Below, piece by piece: positions 17,089 to 24,619 of a DNA stretch of 63,352 bases. Under the pieces are notes generated by a model, which searched no databases, was not told where the DNA came from, and saw nothing but the letters and a program-made list of their open reading frames with translations. Numbering within the stretch: position 1 is the stretch's first letter; each line of letters begins with the position of its first letter. Made by a program: the position numbers and the translations under genes. The stretch is from a virus (taxonomy: Duplodnaviria; Caudoviricetes), in the IMG/VR virus record IMGVR_UViG_3300025326_000032, positions 1 through 63,352 of that record. One strand, 5' to 3'.

Positions 17089-17168
17089 ACAGGTTTTCAC
17101 AAACTCAATCTCTGTTAGTCTTACTTACTAAGCTGTGCGCTACATGAGGCATGGGGCATAGGAGCTGT

Positions 17169-17588
17169 TTAGGCTATCTCGGCCTTTAGGCGCTTTCTAA
17201 GTCTTAAGGCTTCGACAGGGCTCATATCTTTATTGCCTCTGTAGGCTTGGCTGTAGCGTACAAGGCGTTCAAAGTCAGTCCTATGATTCATAATCAGATT
17301 ATCTAAATCAAATTTAGCATTTAGATAGGCTTCGTGATCTGTAATTGTATCAGCTGTCACTGCATAGGCTTCTGCTTTAACCCAGCGTCTATGTTTATCT
17401 CTTGTTTGGGTATATATCTCAAAACGGACAGCCTGATTTAGGTACGCCCTTGCATACTTGTTTATTCTAATATTGTTCGCTAGAAATCTAAGTATTATTA
17501 CATGAGCGACTTCATCAGGGTCATCTGTATTTTGCATTCTTGCTATTCTGACTAATACACGTTCAATGATATCAGCAAGAATGTTCAT
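17169..17588 (-). CDS. Hypothetical protein, weak resemblance to ECF sigma region 2
   Basis: DDPDEVAH..IL.F.......ARAYL..AVR; coupled to dcd. Confidence 0.5.
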   Translation of the reverse strand: MNILADIIERVLVRIARMQNTDDPDEVAHVIILRFLANNIRINKYARAYLNQAVRFEIYTQTRDKHRRWVKAEAYAVTADTITDHEAYLNAKFDLDNLIMNHRTDFERLVRYSQAYRGNKDMSPVEALRLRKRLKAEIA

Positions 17589-18154
17589 ATACCTTTAGAT
17601 GCTTCTGGCTCCTTTTGGTTCTGATATTTAGAGCCTAATCCTGCATCTCCATATGTACGGTTAACTGGCGTAGACATATACTGAAATGATACTTGGCAGA
17701 TACGAGAATTAGGATATATAGCAATAGGTAGTGGTGACAGATTAGACAATTCTAATGTCAATGTACCTTTGAATCCTGGGTCTATATATCCTGCAGTAGC
17801 ATGTACCAATAATCCAAGTCTTCCTAAGCTTGATCTGCCTTCTATTCTACCTACTATGTTATCTGGTATACTCACGTACTCTAGTGTTGTACCTAGCGCA
17901 AACTGTCCAGGTTTTAGAACAAAATACTCGTCTAGTCCTATATCTATTAATCTAGTTAAATTAGAATCAATATTTTTAGTATCTATGAAACCATTAACTA
18001 CAGAAGTACTATTTCTAAAATTAAAAATCCTAAATTTATTCCCAAGTCTTAAATCCACAGAAGCAGGCTGAACATTATTAATCTCAAAGGGTTTAATCTT
18101 AATTCTTCCTGTATTAATCTCAGCTATAATACTTCTATCACTGAGTAAGCTCAT
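17585..18154 (-). CDS. dcd: dCTP deaminase
   Basis: LLSD, QPASVDLRL, EGRSSLGRLG, TAGYIDPGF.G.LTLE, KYQNQ. Confidence 0.95.
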   Translation of the reverse strand: MSLLSDRSIIAEINTGRIKIKPFEINNVQPASVDLRLGNKFRIFNFRNSTSVVNGFIDTKNIDSNLTRLIDIGLDEYFVLKPGQFALGTTLEYVSIPDNIVGRIEGRSSLGRLGLLVHATAGYIDPGFKGTLTLELSNLSPLPIAIYPNSRICQVSFQYMSTPVNRTYGDAGLGSKYQNQKEPEASKGI

Positions 18155-18351
18155 GGGATACCTTTTTTATGATTGATTGGGAAGACTAAGATACGGCTAG
18201 TCTCTGAGTGACAGTTTTTCAAATGTTCATCCATACTACCATATGAAATAGGTTGTTGACATCCCATACAGATAGTACAACAGTTAAGCTGGAATTGACT
18301 AGCACCAACTGGAAGATGCTCTAACTTAACACAAACATGTTCACAAGTCAT
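18151..18351 (-). CDS. Small Zn-finger-like protein
   Basis: CxxC...H...H; ATGA-coupled to dcd. Confidence 0.6.
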   Translation of the reverse strand: MTCEHVCVKLEHLPVGASQFQLNCCTICMGCQQPISYGSMDEHLKNCHSETSRILVFPINHKKGIP

Positions 18352-18374
18352 AATTAGATAATAAACTGTGTCTG

Positions 18375-18521
18375 TATAAAATGATAGAGGCTAGACTGTC
18401 GCCAAATCCAGCCTCTATCTCACCCATCCACAGTCTATCGCCTCAACAGATAGACTGTCCCAAGAAGGAGAACACCAATGGCTCACCTATCTAAGCATAA
18501 CATACTTTCTATCTATGTCAA
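18375..18521 (-). promoter_or_regulatory. Minus-strand promoter with structured leader/attenuator for the dcd operon
   Basis: TTGACA (18521-18516)-16 nt-TATGCT with extended TG; 10-bp hairpins at 18430-18458 and 18383-18419, the latter followed by a U-rich run. Confidence 0.55.
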
Positions 18522-18574
18522 GGTTTTTAGATTTCCTCTTGACACATCGGCTATAATATGATAAGAGTATAGAT

Positions 18575-19201
18575 ATGCTTAGCTTGCCATCCCAACTCGT
18601 TCAACCTCCAGGGTTATTCGATGAAGACTCTGGACGGTATATATGTGGTGAGGAAATACGTTCCGGTCTTCGGTGTAGAGGTATTCCTATATCTCCTAAC
18701 TGGAAATGTGAACGTCATGGCGGTAATCCTAACAGACCATCTATAGCTATTCAAGCTGGTCTCTATGCTAGACATCTAAAGAGCAACGGTCAGCTTAAAG
18801 CTTTACATGATGAGTTAGCTCGTGATCCAGATGCTCTTGAAGATCTATTTCGTACTGATGTTATGGATGAGTTAGCTGTAGGACGTATGCTTCTTATAGA
18901 GGCTCTTCAAGATAGAGCATCATTAAGTAATCGAAAGCAGTTAATTGAGATTCTAGGTCTAGTTACAAAAGTAGCTAAAATAGCCCAAGAGATTCGTGAT
19001 CGAGAAGAAGGTCTAATTAAGCGTGAGTTTATGGATACAGTTATCCAAGCAGTTACACAAGCCTTCACACGAGCTAATCAGCTTGTTCGGCCATCTGATC
19101 GTGCTCGTATTTTCATGTCAGAGTTTGCTAATGCTCTCCCAGGTAATGTAACTCTCAACGTTCCTGTCTCAGATGATATAGTGATAGAACATGAAGTCTA
19201 A
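18575..19201 (+). CDS. Putative terminase small subunit
   Basis: Directly upstream of TerL; ICG...RSG.RC.......C.RHGG motif. Confidence 0.65.
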   Translation: MLSLPSQLVQPPGLFDEDSGRYICGEEIRSGLRCRGIPISPNWKCERHGGNPNRPSIAIQAGLYARHLKSNGQLKALHDELARDPDALEDLFRTDVMDELAVGRMLLIEALQDRASLSNRKQLIEILGLVTKVAKIAQEIRDREEGLIKREFMDTVIQAVTQAFTRANQLVRPSDRARIFMSEFANALPGNVTLNVPVSDDIVIEHEV

Positions 19202-20858
19202 TAGTTACGATTATCTAGTTCAACAGATGCAAGGCACTCTATCTGAGACTATAGAGTCTGAGACGGAGTTACTAGCTTGGACTAAGAAATATCGTCTAAT
19301 TAACGGCTTGCCTCCTGAACTACCCCCAAGCCAAGTAGCTATGTATCAGGACTTATCTCCTGAAGTGGTTGTTATGAAAGGTACACAGATTTTTATATCT
19401 GAGTATCTTATTAATCTATCACTTTGGGCTCTAGATACTAAGTTTGGTTCCAGGGGTAATATTCTCTATACTATGCCTACACAACTACAGATGGATGACT
19501 TTGCCCAGTCGCGGATAGATAAGGCAATAGAAGACTCTCCTTACTTGAGACGCCGATTTGAGAAAGCTTTTCTTGCTAAACAGGTCAACAGAACTAGACT
19601 AAAGCGCATAGGTGGCAGTTCTCTGCACTTAAGGGGTTCTGATTCTCTAAAACAACTAATCTCAGTAGATGCTGATATAGTAATCAATGATGAAGTGGAC
19701 TGGTTCACTGAAGATACAGTTGCATGGTCTAAAGAACGTCTAGGTTCTGCTAAACATCCCTTATTCCGCGCTGTTTCTAAGCCAACATATCCAGGCTACG
19801 GTATTCATTTAATGTATCAGAACTCGGATCAGCGACACTGGCAAATTAAGTGTGAGCACTGTAATCGTTGGCAGGTTCTTGATTGGGAACATAATATAGT
19901 ATTTGATGTAGATAACGAAACTAGTTCAGCTTATAATATCCAGTGTCTTTGTGCTCACTGTAAACAAACTCTAAATCGTCTTTCAGCTAATGGCGAGTGG
20001 GTAGCTGATTCTCCTGGTAGACAAGTTCACGGTTATCACTTACCTCGTCTTATTTCTCCTCTGGCCAATCTCAAAAAGATGGCTGAAGACTCTCTTAATA
20101 TAACCGATATTCCCAAGATTCAAAGCTTTTATAACTCAGGCTTAGGCTTAGCTTATGCCCCTAAAGGTGGACACTTAAGCGAATCTGAGCTTAGGTTTTC
20201 ATCTGAGCGCTTATTAGAACCAGCACTTTCAGGCTATGGTGGTGTGGACGTAGGACTCAAACTCCATGCTTGTGTTATCCAACATGATCCAGATGGGCTT
20301 TTAGTCTGTCAGGCAGACGAGTTTGATGACTTCAGTGAGCTAGACATCTGGTTTAAACGCAATAATATCCGTATGGCAGTTATAGATGCCAGAGGTGACC
20401 CTAGAGCTACATTAGAGTGGACTGCTAAGTACCCTGGTCGCGTCTATCGCTGGAGCCACATTGAGAACATGAATGATGTTCGTTACAGTGAGGAGACTCA
20501 GGAAGTCAAGTTGAATCGGACTGTCTTATTAGACAGTATGTATTCTAAGATACGTGATCAGTCTCTTATCTTTCCTGTTATGATTAGACAAATCCCAGGC
20601 TTTATCCCTCACATGAGAGCTTTGGTACGTGAACTAGTTAAAGATCAGCGACTAAATAAGCTTATTCCTAGATATATTGGAGCTGCTGCTGATCACTATG
20701 CTTTTGCATTAGCCTATGCTGTACTTGCTGCAGTGCATGATACAGCTTCACCTCCACCTAGATCAGTAAGTAAAGATGATTTAGTATATGCGGGACATCG
20801 ATTACCAACATCGTCATGGACTGGTGGTATAAGTTCCAGAGGATGGAGAAGGCGATGA
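19191..20858 (+). CDS. terL: Terminase large subunit (lambda GpA-like)
   Basis: VMKGTQIFISE (variant Walker A), INDEVD, SKPT, Zn cluster C..C..WQ...C.HC, nuclease GVDVG and DHYA. Confidence 0.9.
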   Translation: MKSNSYDYLVQQMQGTLSETIESETELLAWTKKYRLINGLPPELPPSQVAMYQDLSPEVVVMKGTQIFISEYLINLSLWALDTKFGSRGNILYTMPTQLQMDDFAQSRIDKAIEDSPYLRRRFEKAFLAKQVNRTRLKRIGGSSLHLRGSDSLKQLISVDADIVINDEVDWFTEDTVAWSKERLGSAKHPLFRAVSKPTYPGYGIHLMYQNSDQRHWQIKCEHCNRWQVLDWEHNIVFDVDNETSSAYNIQCLCAHCKQTLNRLSANGEWVADSPGRQVHGYHLPRLISPLANLKKMAEDSLNITDIPKIQSFYNSGLGLAYAPKGGHLSESELRFSSERLLEPALSGYGGVDVGLKLHACVIQHDPDGLLVCQADEFDDFSELDIWFKRNNIRMAVIDARGDPRATLEWTAKYPGRVYRWSHIENMNDVRYSEETQEVKLNRTVLLDSMYSKIRDQSLIFPVMIRQIPGFIPHMRALVRELVKDQRLNKLIPRYIGAAADHYAFALAYAVLAAVHDTASPPPRSVSKDDLVYAGHRLPTSSWTGGISSRGWRRR

Positions 20859-21076
20859 GTGCTGGGACTAAAGAACAAGCAATCTTAGAGCTTAGACAGT
20901 TTATTGATGAGATAGAATCAGATCGATATGATCTTATCTCCATACAATCACAGACTCCATACAAGATAGAGCTATATAATAGTTGGCTAGAAGTGGTATC
21001 CAGACTAGGGTATCATATAGTCATTTCCGCACGAAGAACAGGCAGTACAGATAGATCAGTAGGTAATGTATTATAA
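20855..21076 (+). CDS. Hypothetical protein
   Basis: ATGA overlap with TerL stop. Confidence 0.6.
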   Translation: MSAGTKEQAILELRQFIDEIESDRYDLISIQSQTPYKIELYNSWLEVVSRLGYHIVISARRTGSTDRSVGNVL

Positions 21077-21090
21077 ATAGGTAATGTATT

Positions 21091-22593
21091 ATGGTTGATG
21101 ATACTGAAGATATCTCTAAAACTGAGTCAAGGCCACGGCTTCAGCCTCGCTTATCTAGTTCTGGGCTTAAAATCTGGGGAGGCCAAATTCAGGAGGATTA
21201 TCTTCCTGAGTTACAAGGTAAGCGGGCTATTGCTGTCTATGATGAAATGCGTAAAGGCAATTCTATTGTTGGTGGCTTTGTACGTGCTGTTGAAATGGCG
21301 TTTAGATCAGTTGTATGGGCTGATATTCCATATGATGACTCGCGTGAAGGTTTAGAGCGAGCAGCTTTACTAACCTCAGTACGAAATGATATGCGTCATG
21401 CCTGGACTGCTTTTACAGCTAATAGTATGACAATGCTTCCGTTTGGACATGCTCCGTTTGAAATGACGTTTAAAGTTAGAAGCGGCTATCCTAAATCTAA
21501 ATTCTCAGATGGTAAAGTAGGATTAGCTAATCTAGACTTGATTGCTCAAGATAGTATAGAGCGATGGGAAACTGAAACGCTAAGTAGCTGTGATATAGTT
21601 GCTATAACACAGCGAGTACCAATTACATCGCAAGAAATACGTATTCCGATAGATAAGGTTGTTAATTTTAGAATACGGCTGGAAAAGGATAATCCTGAAG
21701 GAGAAAGCTTATTCAGGCAAGCTTATCGTGATTGGTATTACATGAATAATTTGGAGGCAATAGAGGGAATCTCACTGGAACGTACTGGTGCAGGCATTCC
21801 CTGTATTACACTTCCAAAGGGTGCTTCTACCATAGATGATACAGGCGCTCTTTCTGATGAACAGGCTGCTATAGACATAGTAAAGCAAGTTCGTGTAGAT
21901 GAGCAAGGTGGTATAGTCCTTTTTAATGGATGGGAATTTAGATTGGCTAGACCAGAGGGTCGTGTTGATCCTGACCTGTTTGATTTAGCCATTAAGCGCC
22001 ACAGATCAAACATGCTTATCTCGGTTCTAGCTACCTTCCTAGAATTTGGCACATCACGAGTAGGCTCGTTTGCTTTAGCACAGCAGTCTCGTTCATTCTT
22101 TGAGGTAGCTTTAGAAGGCTATGTTAATATCTTTGAAGATACTTTTAATAAAACTGTTGTACCATTACTATTTGAACTTAATGGTATAACTGATGGTCGT
22201 TATCCATCACTATCACACACAACTGTAGGAGACCCTGAACTCAGTATTATAGCTAATTACATTGAGCGGCTTAGGAAAGTTGGTCTATTACAGGATGTTT
22301 CTCCTGTTCTTGAACAATATCTAAAGGACTTAGCGAAATTCCCTAGAGGCGCAACATTAATAGATCAACAAGATCATTCTTCTGATCGCTACGAGCGGGC
22401 GACGCCGGAAGGTCAAGATAATAACAGTAACAGTAATAATAGTGATAATAGCCAAAATCAACGTAATAAGCCCAATAATCCTGCTGTCGATTCTACTAAC
22501 GGTGATCGCCCTACCGATAATAACATTAATAGCATAGATCAGGAAGAGCAACTAGCACAAATGCGTCGTTTAGCACGAAAGGCATCTGATTAG
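21091..22593 (+). CDS. Portal protein (DUF935/Mu gp29-like)
   Basis: Position after TerL; NPEGESLFRQAY..W, IEGISLER...G.P, GSFALA. Confidence 0.88.
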   Translation: MVDDTEDISKTESRPRLQPRLSSSGLKIWGGQIQEDYLPELQGKRAIAVYDEMRKGNSIVGGFVRAVEMAFRSVVWADIPYDDSREGLERAALLTSVRNDMRHAWTAFTANSMTMLPFGHAPFEMTFKVRSGYPKSKFSDGKVGLANLDLIAQDSIERWETETLSSCDIVAITQRVPITSQEIRIPIDKVVNFRIRLEKDNPEGESLFRQAYRDWYYMNNLEAIEGISLERTGAGIPCITLPKGASTIDDTGALSDEQAAIDIVKQVRVDEQGGIVLFNGWEFRLARPEGRVDPDLFDLAIKRHRSNMLISVLATFLEFGTSRVGSFALAQQSRSFFEVALEGYVNIFEDTFNKTVVPLLFELNGITDGRYPSLSHTTVGDPELSIIANYIERLRKVGLLQDVSPVLEQYLKDLAKFPRGATLIDQQDHSSDRYERATPEGQDNNSNSNNSDNSQNQRNKPNNPAVDSTNGDRPTDNNINSIDQEEQLAQMRRLARKASD

Positions 22594-22880
22594 TGGTAAA
22601 GCCCAGAATAAAGCCTGGAAAGAATAAAGTCTTAGTATGTCTATATAATCTAACTAATCCATACATTCATTTGCCAGATGAATATAAGAAGCCTGCCCTA
22701 TCAGTAGCCGAAATCATAGATGGCAACGGCGCATTTATACAGGGCCAGAAGGTACTAGTTCCAACTAAGGCAGGACTAGATATCAGAGATGGGAAGAACA
22801 AACACAGGCTTATAAATATCAATGATATAGTAGCTAGTATTATCAATGAGGAGGGACAGAGTGGCAAATGCTCTGTATGA
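22593..22880 (+). CDS. groES: GroES/Cpn10-like co-chaperonin
   Basis: IKP..NKVLV, IHLPD, G.KVL..KAG.DI, RLI..DIVA.I. Confidence 0.7.
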   Translation: MVKPRIKPGKNKVLVCLYNLTNPYIHLPDEYKKPALSVAEIIDGNGAFIQGQKVLVPTKAGLDIRDGKNKHRLININDIVASIINEEGQSGKCSV

Positions 22881-23268
22881 TTTTGGCCGACAGGGTTTCC
22901 TAGAAGGCACAATTGATTGGGATACAGACACCATCAAAATTATACTAATAGACGCTGCTGATTATACTAAAGATCTTGTAAACCATGATAACCTAAATGA
23001 TGTTCCGGTGGCAGCTCGTGTAGCGATATCAGCTGCTCTTGCAGGCAAGACAGTTGCAGCTGGCGTAGCTGATGCTAATAATGTTACTTGGTCTGCTGTT
23101 TCAGGAGACCAATCTGAACAAATCATAGGTTATAAGGATAGTGGCGTTGAATCTACAAGTCGTTTGATTTTCAACATTGATACAGCTACAGGTTTGCCGG
23201 TTACTCCTAATGGTGGCGACATAACTGTTCAATGGGATGATGGCGCTAATAAGATTTTTAAACTGTAA
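22861..23268 (+). CDS. Virion structural protein
   Basis: GTG start with SD GAGGAGG; IDW.TDTIK..L..., LPVTPNGGDITVQW family. Confidence 0.75.
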   Translation: MANALYDFGRQGFLEGTIDWDTDTIKIILIDAADYTKDLVNHDNLNDVPVAARVAISAALAGKTVAAGVADANNVTWSAVSGDQSEQIIGYKDSGVESTSRLIFNIDTATGLPVTPNGGDITVQWDDGANKIFKL

Positions 23269-23630
23269 TGTCTAAGCAAGAACTAACAATACGGCAAGAA
23301 GGCACTCACGTATATTTGCTTGTTTCAGGGCAAGCCATAGCTGATATACCTTGGGATGCTGCTCTTGAGCTAGCCAAAGCTATTTTCATACAAGCTAAGA
23401 AAGCCGAAGAGTTAGCTAAAGCTCTGGACATAGTACAAGACCAAGCTATTCTAATTCGTTCTGGCTTCCCTGTGAGTCTTACAGCTAACCCTGACATTAA
23501 TGCTGAAGCTTTGAAAGAAGCCCAAACTAATAGAGATCTGAGACGCTATATACCGATACCTGGAATTCGCTCAGGTGAGAAGATGGGTATCCCGAATCTA
23601 ATTCAGTCTAGGCCAGAAGAAAGAGAGTAA
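23268..23630 (+). CDS. Hypothetical virion-associated protein
   Basis: TAATG-coupled ORF. Confidence 0.7.
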   Translation: MSKQELTIRQEGTHVYLLVSGQAIADIPWDAALELAKAIFIQAKKAEELAKALDIVQDQAILIRSGFPVSLTANPDINAEALKEAQTNRDLRRYIPIPGIRSGEKMGIPNLIQSRPEERE

Positions 23631-23631
23631 G

Positions 23632-23865
23632 ATGGATTATTCTAACATGACACTGGAGCAGCTTGAAAAGAAGCAACAGGGCTTAGGTGACAAACAGGGT
23701 GACATAAGAACCGAGAAGGCTGCAATTCAGGATGCTATTGATGCTAGAGTTGCTGAATCTGAGGCACAAGCTATTATTGAGCGATCTTCAGAGAAAGTCT
23801 TACAGGAGCTACGTCGGCAGCTTAGCCTTATGCCGTCTGATATTGAGAACACTGATATTCCTTAA
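23632..23865 (+). CDS. Small coiled-coil protein
   Basis: Operon packing. Confidence 0.7.
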   Translation: MDYSNMTLEQLEKKQQGLGDKQGDIRTEKAAIQDAIDARVAESEAQAIIERSSEKVLQELRRQLSLMPSDIENTDIP

Positions 23866-23867
23866 AT

Positions 23868-24614
23868 ATGAGACGTATCTTCCTGAATCAAGACTTACGT
23901 GGGCAGACGCTTGATGCTAGTCTTGAGTTAGATAGCAATGCCCGTGAATCATTCTTTGCAGATTGCCTGACAGATATAAACACACGCTTTATCGGCGATT
24001 GGCGAGGTAGTGATTTTTTCCGTCTTTCTGGCCCTGCTGATTGGTCGCAGGCACAAGTCTATGCCTGTTACTGGCGAGGTAATACTAATCTTAAAGGCAG
24101 TTTCTGGCCTGCAGATATTGGCTGGTTACATCATGAACCTGTTAGTGCAATTTTGCAAGGTTCGCCTGTTGCTATAGTTAGGAACGTAGGTAATTTTGTT
24201 CTTACAGGTGGCTATCGTCTAGCTTCCTGGGATACGTCAAAAACTGGCTGGTGGGATAACGCCAGTCAGAATATAAAGAATAAACGCATAGCTAACTTTC
24301 GAGCAGCTTTTGCTCCTTACCCAATTTTAGCTAATCGGTTTGAGGAGTTATTAGTTGCACTCCAGAACGGCTATGAATTATTTACAGGAACCAGCGGGCA
24401 GATGGCTGTCACATGGGGTGATGGTGTTACTATCACTATTGATGCTGATAACTTACCAGTGTTAGCTGATACTTCTCGCTATGCTCTTGCTCGCTGGGTA
24501 GAGTTGCAAGCAGGCCCTAGTCATCCTTGCTTCATTTACAGTATTGACCCTCCCCGACCTAGAGCACTTGTTCAGCCTGATGACTGGTTTCAGTCACCTT
24601 GGGGAGGCTTCTAG
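23868..24614 (+). CDS. Hypothetical protein with pentapeptide-repeat-like N-terminus
   Basis: QDLRG, GDWRG, SDF, ADWSQ, TNLKG periodicity. Confidence 0.6.
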   Translation: MRRIFLNQDLRGQTLDASLELDSNARESFFADCLTDINTRFIGDWRGSDFFRLSGPADWSQAQVYACYWRGNTNLKGSFWPADIGWLHHEPVSAILQGSPVAIVRNVGNFVLTGGYRLASWDTSKTGWWDNASQNIKNKRIANFRAAFAPYPILANRFEELLVALQNGYELFTGTSGQMAVTWGDGVTITIDADNLPVLADTSRYALARWVELQAGPSHPCFIYSIDPPRPRALVQPDDWFQSPWGGF

Positions 24615-24619
24615 AGTCA

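Noticed and set aside
18478-18561. 27-aa ORF with SD AGAAGGAG upstream of TerS
   Set aside because: It overlies divergent promoter elements and looks non-protein-like; the SD is equally explained as the complement of the minus-strand leader.
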